Shown piece by piece: positions 27,041 through 36,971 of a stretch of DNA of 52,462 bases (positions are counted from its first letter, which is position 1; each line of letters starts with the position of its first letter). This stretch comes from Armatimonadota bacterium. GTDB lineage: Bacteria > Sysuimicrobiota > Sysuimicrobiia > Sysuimicrobiales > Humicultoraceae. Under the pieces are notes generated by a model. It searched no databases, had not been told where the DNA came from, and saw only the letters and a program-made list of their open reading frames with translations. The position numbers were made by a program, and so were the translations under genes. The stretch is from contig JBBIOM010000011.1 of the NCBI GenBank assembly GCA_037443365.1, positions 1 to 52,462 of the forward strand. The letters are read 5' to 3'.

Positions 27041-28090
27041 ATGAGCCCCAAGCAAAGAGCGGTTATCTGGGCGGCAACAATCGCGGTGGTGCTCGCCGCC
27101 GGGCTGTTCGCGTGGCGTAGCACGCCCCAACGGGGCGGGCAACCCGCCCCCGCGCCTCCGGAGCAGCCCGAGATGGAGCGCGCGCTCATCCCAGGAGCCG
27201 ACGGTGAGATTCCGCTGCTGATCGTGATCGAGAACGCGCCGCAGGCCCGGCCGCAGTCAGGCCTGGCCGAGGCGTGCCTGGTCTTCGCGGTTCCAACCGA
27301 GGCGCGCATCACGCGCTTTCTCGCCTCCTACTGTGGGGATACGACCACGGCGATCGGCCCGGTGCGCAGCGCCCGGGCGTACATGCTCGAGATCGCCGGG
27401 GACTTGGGCGCGGTCTTGGTGCACGCCGGGCACAGCGCGGAGGCCCTGGCGTCAATCAGGACGCGCAACCTCCCGGTCATCAACGAGTTCTGGGCCTCGG
27501 GGCCGTTCTGGCGCGATTCGTCGCGTAAGATGCCCCACAACCTCTACACGCGACTCGATCGCCTTCGCGCCGAACTGCGCAGGAAGCCCCTCAAGGTGCG
27601 CGCGGGCGAGGTGCCGTACTCCATGGAGGGCGCGTCGCAGGCGGCGCTGCCCGAGGCGGCGTTGCCCGAGGCGGCGTCCGCCAACATGGTCGTGCTCGAC
27701 TACGGGCCGCTGTACTCGGTGCGTTACAGGTACGATGCCGCCAGGCACGCATATCTCCGTGATCAGGACGGCCGGCCCCACCTGGACGCGGATGGCAGGC
27801 AGATCGCTCCGGCATCGGTGCTGGTGATGTTCGTGCAGTGGCGCGACGTGATGGAGAGCGGGACCCCCAGCAGCAAGATCAACCTGATCGGTGGAGGGCG
27901 CCTCGCGGTCATCACCGGAGGACACATCATCGAGGGGACCTGGCGAAGATCAAGGGACAAGCCCCTGGCGCTTCAGACCGCAAGCGGCAATCAGGTTGTG
28001 CTTCCCAGGGGGCCGGTGTGGATCGAGCTGCTTCCCTCGGACCGTCCCTTCACGGCAGGAGCAGAAGTCCCGCCACAGGGAGGGCGCTAG
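27041..28090 (+). CDS. DUF3048 (YerB-like) membrane-anchored protein
   Basis: IENAPQARPQSGL, ITRFLA, GPVRSAR, PHNLY and GPVWIE. Confidence 0.9.
   Translation: MSPKQRAVIWAATIAVVLAAGLFAWRSTPQRGGQPAPAPPEQPEMERALIPGADGEIPLLIVIENAPQARPQSGLAEACLVFAVPTEARITRFLASYCGDTTTAIGPVRSARAYMLEIAGDLGAVLVHAGHSAEALASIRTRNLPVINEFWASGPFWRDSSRKMPHNLYTRLDRLRAELRRKPLKVRAGEVPYSMEGASQAALPEAALPEAASANMVVLDYGPLYSVRYRYDAARHAYLRDQDGRPHLDADGRQIAPASVLVMFVQWRDVMESGTPSSKINLIGGGRLAVITGGHIIEGTWRRSRDKPLALQTASGNQVVLPRGPVWIELLPSDRPFTAGAEVPPQGGR
27639..27676 (+). repeat. 15-bp in-frame tandem repeat (about 2.5 copies, AALPE)
   Basis: AGGCGGCGCTGCCCG-AGGCGGCGTTGCCCG-AGGCGGCG. Confidence 0.8.
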
Positions 28091-29706
28091 AGACCGATCG
28101 CGCACCCGTCCACGCGCGGGTCCGAGGCGCCCAGGTACGTCCCGCGCGCGTGGTCCACCAGGATCGCCTGGGCCCCGCCGCCGCCCTCGGGCGAGGGGGC
28201 CGGCACGACGCGGTGCCCCCTGCGCGCCAGTTCGGCGAGGGTCTCCGGCGGGAACCCCTCCTCGACGCGCAGCTCGAGCCGCGATCCGAGCGTGGCCGGA
28301 TCGGTGCCTGGGAAGCTGTGCCAGCGCGGGGCCTCCACCGCCTGTTGCGGGCTCATGGAGGACTCGAGCAGGTTCTGTAGGACCTGCATGCTCCACTGCG
28401 GCTGCGCGTCGCCTCCGGGCGTGCCCCACACCAGCCAGGGCGCGCCGTCACGGAAGGCCATGTATGGGGTCAGCGTGTGCATGGTCCGCTTGCCGGGCGC
28501 AATGCAGTTGGGGTGACCGGCTTCCAGGGTGAACCCCCGGCCCGCGCGGTTGTTGAGCAGGATACCGGTGCCCTCGGCGATCTCGCAGCAGCCAAACGCG
28601 GCCGACAGGCTCGTGATGTAGGAGACGAGATTCCCCTCGCAGTCGGCCACGCAGAAGTAGGTCGTGTCTCCTGTCGCTTCGGGCGGAAGGCCGCCGGAGG
28701 TGGCGCCGGCGACCCGATCTTGGTCTATCTCCTGCCTCCGACGGGCCGCGTAGTCCTTGGCGAGCAACGCGCGGATTGGATTGCGCACGAAGACCGGATC
28801 ACCCAGGTACGCGAGCCGGTCGGCGTAGGCGATGCGCTTGGCCTCAACGGCCCGGTGAATGGCATCGGGTGAGTCCCAGCGTGCGGGCTCGAAGCCCTCG
28901 AGGATGTTCAGCATCTCGAGCAGCAGGATTCCCTGGGACGGCGGCGCGGTGGCGTAGACAGTCAGGTCGCGAAACGTGGTCGCGAGCGGCTCGTGCACGT
29001 CCACGGCGTACCCGGCGAAGTCCTCCGGCGAAAGCAGCCCTCCGTGGGCGCGGCTGTGCGCGCCTATCGCCGCGGCGATCGGGCCTTCGTAGAAGGCCTG
29101 GGAACCCCCCGCGGCCACGACGCGCAGCGCCTCTCCGAGATCGCGCTGGACCAGTATCTCACCTTCTTGCAGAGGCCTGCCGCGCGGGAGGAACACGGCC
29201 GCGCAGGAAGGGTGCCGGGCTATTGTCTGCGCGGCCTCACCGATCCACTGGGCGACCTTCCGCGCCACCGGCACGCCTTCTTCGGCGTAGCGGATCGCGG
29301 GCTCGAGCAGCCGCCGCAGCGAGAACCGGCCGCTTCCCCACCGGCTGAGGGACTCGTCCATCGCGCGCACCGCGCCGGGCACCGAGGCGGCCAGCATCCC
29401 GCGCAGCGGCATTGCCGCGCAACCTGCCTCGGCGAAGTACTCACGTGTCGCGCCCGCGGGTGCTGGGCCGCTGCCGTTCAGCCCGAAGACGCGGTCTTCC
29501 TTCTTGTGGTAGACAAGCATGAAGGTATCGCCACCGAGCCCGCTCATCATCGGCTGCACCACGCCCAGCACCGCGGCGGTGGCCACGGCCGCGTCCGTGG
29601 CGTTGCCGCCGTCCGCCAGGACCTTGAGGCCGGCCGCGGTGGCGAGCGGGTGGCCGGTGGCGATCATTCCACGGCGCGCGATGACTGTCGAACGTCCGGT
29701 GCGCAT
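28087..29706 (-). CDS. ggt: Gamma-glutamyltransferase family
   Basis: GGNATDAA, SGLGGD, SVPGA, PPSQG, GDTTYF (Thr nucleophile), NNRAGRGF, GTPGG and ASDPR. Confidence 0.93.
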   Translation of the reverse strand: MRTGRSTVIARRGMIATGHPLATAAGLKVLADGGNATDAAVATAAVLGVVQPMMSGLGGDTFMLVYHKKEDRVFGLNGSGPAPAGATREYFAEAGCAAMPLRGMLAASVPGAVRAMDESLSRWGSGRFSLRRLLEPAIRYAEEGVPVARKVAQWIGEAAQTIARHPSCAAVFLPRGRPLQEGEILVQRDLGEALRVVAAGGSQAFYEGPIAAAIGAHSRAHGGLLSPEDFAGYAVDVHEPLATTFRDLTVYATAPPSQGILLLEMLNILEGFEPARWDSPDAIHRAVEAKRIAYADRLAYLGDPVFVRNPIRALLAKDYAARRRQEIDQDRVAGATSGGLPPEATGDTTYFCVADCEGNLVSYITSLSAAFGCCEIAEGTGILLNNRAGRGFTLEAGHPNCIAPGKRTMHTLTPYMAFRDGAPWLVWGTPGGDAQPQWSMQVLQNLLESSMSPQQAVEAPRWHSFPGTDPATLGSRLELRVEEGFPPETLAELARRGHRVVPAPSPEGGGGAQAILVDHARGTYLGASDPRVDGCAIGL

Positions 29707-29815
29707 TGACACCATCACCTCACCGGGCGATTCACCCTGCCCTGCGCGCACTCCTGCGGAGGTATGCGGCACTGCCGGGACGAACTGGAATGAAGCATCT
29801 TCTACGAGGAACACG

Positions 29816-30274
29816 GTGACGCGTCTCTACTGCCTGACCTCCGGCATCGCCCTCCTGCTGTTGGGACTCCTTGCCCAGAGCCTGACGGCGCTGCATGCGG
29901 CCCCTGGAGCCCGGCTGGCCCACCTGGCGAGCGGGGCCGTACTGGTCTGCCTGGGAGCCGCGGGCTGGGGTGCGCGATTCGGGGCGCAGGCCTCGGGCCT
30001 GGCCTACACACTCGCGGCCCTCCTTGGGATTCTGAGCGTGCTGCTCAGCGGGGGCTGGATTCCGGTGCTGGGTATCCAGGCGCGCGATCTCTACATCTTC
30101 GCGCACCTGGTCATCGGGTGGACCGGCCTCTGGATCGGATTCCGCGCGCCGGGGAGCCAGGCCTCATCCAGGGCGGCCGGCCGTCATGCCGGGCCGAAGG
30201 ACACAGGCGCCGCAGGAGGCAGGCAGGGCAGGCCGGGCGCTGCGCCCGACACACCTCCCGCCCCAGGTAGATGA
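29816..30274 (+). CDS. Small 4-TM membrane protein (DUF4383-like)
   Basis: Four hydrophobic segments with two HL motifs (AHLASG, AHLVIG); GAGG before GTG. Confidence 0.65.
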   Translation: MTRLYCLTSGIALLLLGLLAQSLTALHAAPGARLAHLASGAVLVCLGAAGWGARFGAQASGLAYTLAALLGILSVLLSGGWIPVLGIQARDLYIFAHLVIGWTGLWIGFRAPGSQASSRAAGRHAGPKDTGAAGGRQGRPGAAPDTPPAPGR

Positions 30275-30857
30275 CCCGCAGGGAGAAGTCCGACCACTCC
30301 CGGCGGTCCAGAACCCGCATGAGGCTCGCCTCGATCTTGGCCGGATCGTCGTGTGCTGCAAGGCCCAGGCGCCGGCTTACGCGTCGCACGTGCGTGTCAA
30401 CCACGACGCCGGGCACACCAAAGATGCCCCCGAGGACCACATTGGCGGTCTTGCGCCCCACGCCCGGGAGGCGCAGCAGTTCCTCCATCGTGCGCGGCAC
30501 TACGCCCCCAAACTCGGCCTGAAGGGTCCTGGCCATGCGCACGATCGCGCGCGCCTTCTGCCGGAAGTAGCCGGTGGGCCGGATGATCGCTTCCACCTCG
30601 AGAGGGTCGGCGGCGGCGAACTCGTCCGGCGTCCTGTAGCGGGCGAAAAGCGGCGGCGTGACCCGGTTCACCTGGGCGTCGGTGCACTGCGCCGACAACA
30701 TGGTGGCCACCAGCAGCTGCAGCGGGTCCCGGTGACGAAGCGGCAGCCGGGTGACGGGGTAGCGCCCGCGCAGGAGCGCCGCGATCCTTGCGGCGCGGCG
30801 CCCAAGGACGCTCAGGGATTCACCTGTCGGGGACGGCGAAGCGGGCGGTGACGGCAT
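30111..30857 (-). CDS. nth: Endonuclease III
   Basis: LSAQCTD, HhH LPGVGRKTA, VDTHV and 4Fe-4S motif CRAQRPACPACLLRRLC. Confidence 0.95.
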   Translation of the reverse strand: MPSPPASPSPTGESLSVLGRRAARIAALLRGRYPVTRLPLRHRDPLQLLVATMLSAQCTDAQVNRVTPPLFARYRTPDEFAAADPLEVEAIIRPTGYFRQKARAIVRMARTLQAEFGGVVPRTMEELLRLPGVGRKTANVVLGGIFGVPGVVVDTHVRRVSRRLGLAAHDDPAKIEASLMRVLDRREWSDFSLRVIYLGREVCRAQRPACPACLLRRLCPSARHDGRPPWMRPGSPARGIRSRGRSTR

Positions 30858-30998
30858 GACCGCGTGCGGATTCGCCAGCACCCTGAATCGTTCCTGCCGC
30901 GGCACGCGAAGGCGGGAGGTCCGCCCAAGCCGGGCGGTGTATTGAATGCATCGGGGTGTCCTCCCGCCCGCAGGGAGCGGCCCCGGGAGGAGCTCCAG

Positions 30999-32090
30999 AT
31001 GCCCGCCTCAGATCGCCTCGGTCGCACGCGCACCCGGATGCGGCTGGCGCAGGTTGATCTCGTCAGCCTGCCGCCGGGCGACGACATGTACTACCTGCTC
31101 GGCTACACCCCGCATGCCGACGAGCGGCCGTGCTACCTGTTCCTGACAGAAGAGGACGCGCTCTTCCTCGTGCCCGAGCTCAACGCCGGGGAGGCGCGCG
31201 GCCGCATCGCCCTGCCCTTCCTCACCTACACGGACGCCGAGGGGCCCGGGGATGCGCTGCGCCAGGCGCACGGCCGGCTAGGTCCTCGCGAACGCATCTG
31301 CGTTGGCGACACGATGCGGGCCGACTTCCTGCTGCTCCTGCAGCAGCAGTGGGCGAGGAGCGTCTTCGCTCCTGGCGCCGAGGTGATGGCGCCCGTGCGC
31401 ATGATAAAGACCCCTGAGGAGATCGCGTTGTTGCGGCGTTCCGCCGCAACGGCCGATGTCGCCGTGGACGCGGCGTTTGCTGCCTGCCGCCCCGGCGCGA
31501 CCGAGAGCGCGGTGGCCCGCGCGGCCGCCGAGGCGTTCGCGGAACAGGAGGTGGCCCAGCTCGGGGCGGCAATCGTCGGGAGCGGCCCGAACTCGGCCTA
31601 CCCGCACCACCGATCGGGCGGCCGCGCCCTGCAGGCCAGCGAGCCGGTCCTGGTGGATCTCGGCGGCCGTCTCGAGGGATACATGTCGGACATCACCCGC
31701 ATGGGCTTCCTGGGCGAACCCACGGCGCGCTATCGCGAGATCCACACGATAGTCGAACACGCGGTGCGCGCCGCCATGGAAGCGGTCAGGCCCGGCGATC
31801 CGATCTCATCGGTCGATAAGGCCGCGCGCGCCGTGATCGAGAACGCCGGCTACGGCAGGTACTTCACGCACCGCACCGGGCACGGCATCGGCCTCACCGG
31901 GCACGAACCCCCATCTGTCACGCACACCAACGACCTGCCGATGCAAGAAGGAATGGTGTTCAGCGTAGAGCCCGGCATCTACTTGGAAGGCGAGTTCGGG
32001 GTCCGTCTGGAGGAAATAGTCGTCGTCACCGCGCGCGGCGCCGAGCGGCTGAGCATGCTGGCACGCGAGGTGCGGGGGCTGCCGGCTTGA
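30999..32090 (+). CDS. Xaa-Pro peptidase family (M24)
   Basis: RMIKTPEE, PHH, SDITR, HRTGHGIG, SVEPGIY and GVRLEE; RBS GGAGG. Confidence 0.93.
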   Translation: MPASDRLGRTRTRMRLAQVDLVSLPPGDDMYYLLGYTPHADERPCYLFLTEEDALFLVPELNAGEARGRIALPFLTYTDAEGPGDALRQAHGRLGPRERICVGDTMRADFLLLLQQQWARSVFAPGAEVMAPVRMIKTPEEIALLRRSAATADVAVDAAFAACRPGATESAVARAAAEAFAEQEVAQLGAAIVGSGPNSAYPHHRSGGRALQASEPVLVDLGGRLEGYMSDITRMGFLGEPTARYREIHTIVEHAVRAAMEAVRPGDPISSVDKAARAVIENAGYGRYFTHRTGHGIGLTGHEPPSVTHTNDLPMQEGMVFSVEPGIYLEGEFGVRLEEIVVVTARGAERLSMLAREVRGLPA

Positions 32091-33436
32091 TATTGCGCCT
32101 CGTGGCTGCCGGCGTGCTGGTAGGCGCCCTCTCTTCGACGGCCCCCCTCGCCGGCACGCTCGCCCAACAGCAGGAGGCCTTCTACCCCACATACGAGCAG
32201 GTGGCGACCCGCCTCGCGCGGCTGCAGGAGGCCTTCCCCGGCATTGTGCACGTGCGCGAGATCGGCCGCAGCTCGCACGGCAAAGCGATCCTGGCGGTGA
32301 AGGTCTCGGACAACGCGCCGCAGGAAGAGGACGAGCCGGCATGGCTGTTCCTGGGCATCATCCACGGCCGGGAGCCGCTGGGGCTTCGCATCACGCTCGG
32401 GCTCATCCACGATCTCGCGCGCGGCTACGGCACCGACCCCGACATCACCGATTGGGTAGACGCCTACGAGATCTGGTTCGTGCCGATCCAGAACATCTGG
32501 GGCTACGAGACGAACCAGCGCAAGAACGGGGACCGGCCGGGCGTGGATCTCAACCGCAACTACGACTTCCGCTGGGATCGCTGCGCCGTCTACCAGCCGG
32601 AGTGCGTTGACCCGAACGCGCCATACTACCGCGGTACCGCGCCCTTCTCGGAGCCCGAGACCCGGGCGCTGCGCGACCTGGCGACCGAGCAGCGCCCGCT
32701 TTTCGGGATCGACTTCCATCACGGCAACCCGTTTCCGCAGAGCCAGATCATGCTGCCGTGGTCGGGCGGGCGCGCCGAGGATCCGGCCCCTCCGCCCGCG
32801 GATCGGGCGCGCCTGGCGACGATGGCGCGCGAGCTGGCCTCCTGGATAATGGTGTCCCGGCAGACAGGGGGGTTCTGCGTGCCGGGATCGCCGATAGCCG
32901 ACCCGGCGATCTGCCAGGTGCCCGCGAACACCCTGCTGGCTCCGCACGGCCAGGCGTCGAACTGGCACCACGCGGCGACAGGAACGTTCCACTTCACCCT
33001 CGAGATCGCCCGACGCCTCTACAACGACCGGTACTTCTACACGCCCGACCCGAGCGACGACGATCCACCTTCGGTCCGCCAGGCAGACGAGTACGTGCGC
33101 AACCTCTCGGACGGGATCAGGCAGTGGCTGCGCTGGTTCCGCCACGGCAGGGAGGGGGACGCGTTCACCTTCCGCGGGCCTGGGATCACGGGAAGGGCAA
33201 CGGACGCGAAGACCGGCCAGCCCCTGGAGGCGCAGATCGAGGTGGAGGGATTCGCCGGCGGCGCGGCCAGGGATCGCACCAGCGATCCGGTCTCCGGGCG
33301 GTTCTACCGCCTGCTGCCCGCGGGAACTCACATCGTGCGGATCTCCAGGGAAGGCTACCAGCCCGAGACGAGGAGGGTCCTGGTTGCGGAAGGGCCGCTT
33401 GTCGTCCTGGACGTGGCGCTGGCGCCGACGCGGTAG
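32087..33436 (+). CDS. Secreted M14 zinc carboxypeptidase with C-terminal regulatory-like domain
   Basis: Signal peptide, HGRE, GVDLNRNY, PFSEPE, DFH, FTLE and a C-terminal transthyretin-like segment. Confidence 0.9.
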   Translation: MILRLVAAGVLVGALSSTAPLAGTLAQQQEAFYPTYEQVATRLARLQEAFPGIVHVREIGRSSHGKAILAVKVSDNAPQEEDEPAWLFLGIIHGREPLGLRITLGLIHDLARGYGTDPDITDWVDAYEIWFVPIQNIWGYETNQRKNGDRPGVDLNRNYDFRWDRCAVYQPECVDPNAPYYRGTAPFSEPETRALRDLATEQRPLFGIDFHHGNPFPQSQIMLPWSGGRAEDPAPPPADRARLATMARELASWIMVSRQTGGFCVPGSPIADPAICQVPANTLLAPHGQASNWHHAATGTFHFTLEIARRLYNDRYFYTPDPSDDDPPSVRQADEYVRNLSDGIRQWLRWFRHGREGDAFTFRGPGITGRATDAKTGQPLEAQIEVEGFAGGAARDRTSDPVSGRFYRLLPAGTHIVRISREGYQPETRRVLVAEGPLVVLDVALAPTR

Positions 33437-33459
33437 ACCGCAGAGGAGGTGCTCCCGCC

Positions 33460-34608
33460 ATCCGCGACCAGTTCCTGCTGCGCGACGACGTGATCTTCCT
33501 AAACCACGGATCGTTCGGCGCGTGTCCGAGGCCGGTCTTTGAGGCGTACCAGCGCTGGCAGCGCGCTCTCGAGGAGCAACCCGTCGAGTTCCTGGCGCGG
33601 CGCGCCGCCGACCTGCTGGCGCGGGCGCGCCTCGACCTGGGGGAGTACCTGGACGCCGACGCACAGGATCTCGTATACGTGCCCAACACAACCACCGCGC
33701 TCAACATCGTGGCCCGCTCGTTGCGCCTGGCCCCGGGCGACGAGGTGCTCGCCACCGACCACGAGTACGGGGCGCTGGACCGCACCTGGACGTTCGTCTG
33801 CGAGAAGGCCGGCGCGGCCTACGTGCGGGCGCACATCCCTGTCCCGGTCGGAACGCGTCAGCAGGTGGTCGAGGCTGTCTGGTCGGGCGTAACGCCCAGG
33901 ACCCGGGTGCTGTTCATCAGCCACATCACCCCGCCCACCGCTCTGATCCTTCCGGTGGAGGAGCTGATCGCGCGCGCCCGATCCGCCGGTATTCTGGCCG
34001 TGGTGGACGGCGCGCACGCGCCGGGCCAGATCCCGCTCTCCCTGCGGGAGCTGGGCGCCGACTTCTACGCCGGCAACTGCCACAAGTGGATGTGCGCGCC
34101 AAAGGGCTCGGCCTTCCTGTACGCGCGGCGCGAGGTCCAGCCGCTGCTCGATCCGCTGATCACGAGCTGGGGGTGGCGGTCCGAGAAGCCGGGACCGTCG
34201 CGTTTCATTGACGAGCACGAGTATCAGGGAACGCGCGACCTGGCGGCCTTCCTGGCCGTGCCCTCGGCGATCGAGTTCATGCGCCGGCACAACTGGGATG
34301 CGGTGCGGCAGGCGTGCCACGCGCTCGCCGGATACGCGCGCGGGGCGATCGGCTCGCTCACAGGACTGCCCCCGATCTGTCCGGATACGCAGCCCGACGG
34401 TCGCGCCTGGTATTCCCAGATGGCCAGCATCCCCCTGCCGCCCTGCGATCCGGAGGAGTTCCAGCGGCGCCTGCGCGAGGAGTTCCGGATCGAGGTTCCG
34501 GTGTGGAACTGGAACGGCCGCCCGATCCTCCGGGTCTCTATCCAGGCATACAACGCGCGTGGGGAGGTGGACGCGCTCGCCGAAGCGATCGGCGCCCTGA
34601 TCAGTTAG
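33460..34608 (+). CDS. Class V PLP-dependent enzyme (isopenicillin N epimerase/EgtE-like)
   Basis: FLNHGSFGACP, VDGAHAPG and NCHKW (PLP Lys). Start is inferred at ATC 33460 (alternative GTG 33490). Confidence 0.88.
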   Translation: MRDQFLLRDDVIFLNHGSFGACPRPVFEAYQRWQRALEEQPVEFLARRAADLLARARLDLGEYLDADAQDLVYVPNTTTALNIVARSLRLAPGDEVLATDHEYGALDRTWTFVCEKAGAAYVRAHIPVPVGTRQQVVEAVWSGVTPRTRVLFISHITPPTALILPVEELIARARSAGILAVVDGAHAPGQIPLSLRELGADFYAGNCHKWMCAPKGSAFLYARREVQPLLDPLITSWGWRSEKPGPSRFIDEHEYQGTRDLAAFLAVPSAIEFMRRHNWDAVRQACHALAGYARGAIGSLTGLPPICPDTQPDGRAWYSQMASIPLPPCDPEEFQRRLREEFRIEVPVWNWNGRPILRVSIQAYNARGEVDALAEAIGALIS

Positions 34609-34614
34609 GCCGGA

Positions 34615-36102
34615 TCAGGTATCGCGCTGCGCCAGCGCGCGTAGCGCTCGGCGGATCAGCTTGCCCGAATGGGAGCGCGGGAGGTCCTCCACAAACCAGA
34701 TGCGCTTCGGCACCTTGTACCGGGCCAGGTGCGCGGCGCAGAAGGCGCGCGCCCCTTCCACGTCGAGGGTCAAGCCGGGGCGCAACACGATCGCGGCTGC
34801 CACGGCCTGCCCCCACTCGGGATCGGTGAATCCGAACACGCCAGCATCCAGGACGGCAGGATGACCGCGCAGCACGTCTTCCACCTCTGCCGGATAGACG
34901 TTCTCGCCGCCACAGACCACCAGGTCGTCCCTGCGGTCCGCGACATAGAGGTAGCCGTCGTCGTCCACGTGGCCCACATCACCCGTGTGCAGCCAGCCGC
35001 CTCGCAGCACAGGCGCGGTCTCCTCGGGTCGGTCGGCGTAGCCCGGGGTGACCGTGGGGCCGCGCACCAGGATCTCGCCGGCGCGCGCAGACGCCGCTTC
35101 ACGTGGGGCCTCGTCGCCCAGGCGCCCTATGCGCACCTCGACGGGAAACAGCGGCCGCCCGGATGAACCCGGCCTGGCCGCCACCTCATCGGGGAGCAGC
35201 GTCGCGACCTGAGAGGCGGCCTCTGTCAGCCCGTAGGACGGAGCGACCGGCACCCCCTGCTCCAGGCATGCCTCGATCAGGCCCGGCGGCGGGGGCCCGC
35301 CTCCCAGCAGCACGACCCTGAGCGATGGGGGAAACGGGCGGCCCCGCCGCTCCTCCAGCATGCGCTGGAGCATTGTGCCTACAACCGAGACCACGGTGAC
35401 GCTCCCCGAGTCTATCTCGCGGTTGACAGCGCCGGGATCGAAGGCCGAGTGCACAATCGCGGGAATGCCGTAGATGACGCTGCGCCAGAGTATTGCCAGG
35501 CCGCCGATGTGGTAGAGCGGCAGCGGGGCCAGCCAGCAGTCGTCCGCGCGAAGCCCGAGGTTGAGCGCCGAGCCGACCGCGTTCCACCAGTGGTTGCCGA
35601 AGGTCAGCATGACGCCCTTGGGGCGCCCCGTCGTCGCCGAGGTGTAGATGATCCCCTGCACCTGCGCCAGCGACACGCGCCGGCGCAGGGAAGCGTCTGC
35701 CTCGGGCAGCGCGGCGAGCTCCTCGAGCGTGAGGATCCGGATGCCGCCTCCCAGGACGCCGGCTGCTGCCGCCTCGCAGACGACCAGCGCCGGCGCGACA
35801 TCCCGCAGGCACCAGACCATCTCGGGCGGGGCCAGACGCGTGTTGATCGGCACCATGACCGCGCGCAGCCGCGCCAGCGCGTGCGTGAGAACCACGAACG
35901 GGGCGCCGCCCCCAAGCACGAGGGCCACGCGCGCGCCCTCCCTGACGCCCAGGCCCGCCAGCTTGCGCGCCGCGCCGTCCGCGCGCCGGTCCAGCTCGCC
36001 AAACGCCAGGCGCTCCGATCCCGCTGCAAGCGCCAGCCGGTGTGGAAAGAGGCGCGCCCGTGCATGGAGCCAGTCGGGCAAACTCTCAGCCGGCGACTTC
36101 AT
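34615..36102 (-). CDS. menE: o-succinylbenzoate-CoA ligase
   Basis: YTSATTGRPKG, PLYHIGG, LLGG, SYGLTE, TGD and GGENVYP; men operon context. Confidence 0.92.
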   Translation of the reverse strand: MKSPAESLPDWLHARARLFPHRLALAAGSERLAFGELDRRADGAARKLAGLGVREGARVALVLGGGAPFVVLTHALARLRAVMVPINTRLAPPEMVWCLRDVAPALVVCEAAAAGVLGGGIRILTLEELAALPEADASLRRRVSLAQVQGIIYTSATTGRPKGVMLTFGNHWWNAVGSALNLGLRADDCWLAPLPLYHIGGLAILWRSVIYGIPAIVHSAFDPGAVNREIDSGSVTVVSVVGTMLQRMLEERRGRPFPPSLRVVLLGGGPPPPGLIEACLEQGVPVAPSYGLTEAASQVATLLPDEVAARPGSSGRPLFPVEVRIGRLGDEAPREAASARAGEILVRGPTVTPGYADRPEETAPVLRGGWLHTGDVGHVDDDGYLYVADRRDDLVVCGGENVYPAEVEDVLRGHPAVLDAGVFGFTDPEWGQAVAAAIVLRPGLTLDVEGARAFCAAHLARYKVPKRIWFVEDLPRSHSGKLIRRALRALAQRDT

Positions 36103-36965
36103 AACAGGGCCGCCGCCAGCAGCACCGCGTAGGCCAGGAGGAGCCCTGCGGTGCGCTTCAGCGCTGCGACGAGGGCCTCGGCGGCGTCGTGCCGCAGCAC
36201 CGTGCGCGCCAGCGAGAGCATTGCGGGTGCTGCCAGCCAGGGCAGCCAGAACCACGCTCCGAGCAGCCCGGCCAGGCGCATCGCCGCGGGCGCTGCCAAC
36301 GCCCCCCCCAAGCAGCACAGGTACAGAGCGCGCGTCGCGCGCGCGCCCATTCGCACGGCAAGCGTGCGCTTCCCGGCAGCGCGGTCGCTCGCCATGTCGC
36401 GCAGGTTGTTGAGCACGAGAATCGCGGCGGCCAGCAGCCCCACAGGCACCGAGGCGGCCAGCGCCACGGCGCGGACGCTCCCGCTCTGCACGTAGTCGCT
36501 GCCGACGACGGCCACCACCCCGAAGAAGAGGAAGACGAAGAGCTCGCCCAGCCCTCGGTATCCCAGGCGCAGCGGACCCGCCGTGTACGCCAGGGCGGCC
36601 GCGATGGAGGCCGCACCCGCCACCAGCACGGGCCAGCCCCGCAGCGCCACCAGGTAGAGGCCGGCCGCGGAGGCGATTCCCAGACACAGGTAGGCGCCCG
36701 CGAGCACCTGCCGCGGCGACAGCAGCCCGGTCTGGGTCACGCGCACCGGCCCAGCGCGCCGCGGGGTGTCGGCCCCGTGCAGGAAATCGAGGGCGTCATT
36801 GTGCAGGTTGGTGCCGATCTGGATGGCCAGGGCGACGACAAGCGCGGCAAGCGCGGCAGGGGGACTGAACATCCCATCGCCGGCGGCCGCGGCGGTGCCG
36901 ACCACGACCGGCGCGACGGCCGCTGGAAGCGTGGGCACACGTGCGGCGAGTACCCAGGGACGCAT
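36099..36965 (-). CDS. menA: 1,4-dihydroxy-2-naphthoate prenyltransferase
   Basis: ARVPTL, QIGTNLHND, GLGELFVFLFFG and NNLRDMASDRAAGKRTLAV. Confidence 0.95.
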   Translation of the reverse strand: MRPWVLAARVPTLPAAVAPVVVGTAAAAGDGMFSPPAALAALVVALAIQIGTNLHNDALDFLHGADTPRRAGPVRVTQTGLLSPRQVLAGAYLCLGIASAAGLYLVALRGWPVLVAGAASIAAALAYTAGPLRLGYRGLGELFVFLFFGVVAVVGSDYVQSGSVRAVALAASVPVGLLAAAILVLNNLRDMASDRAAGKRTLAVRMGARATRALYLCCLGGALAAPAAMRLAGLLGAWFWLPWLAAPAMLSLARTVLRHDAAEALVAALKRTAGLLLAYAVLLAAALL

Positions 36966-36971
36966 CGCCGT

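Noticed and set aside
27639-27676. Short tandem repeats (here and at 49059-49087) as phase-variation loci
   Set aside because: Unit lengths are multiples of 3 with low copy number, in linker or tail regions.
32758-33459. Long N-terminal extension of the class V enzyme (likewise the extensions on the ORFs at 1622, 36687 and 40694)
   Set aside because: These are off-frame overlaps with well-supported neighbouring genes, with low-complexity translations.
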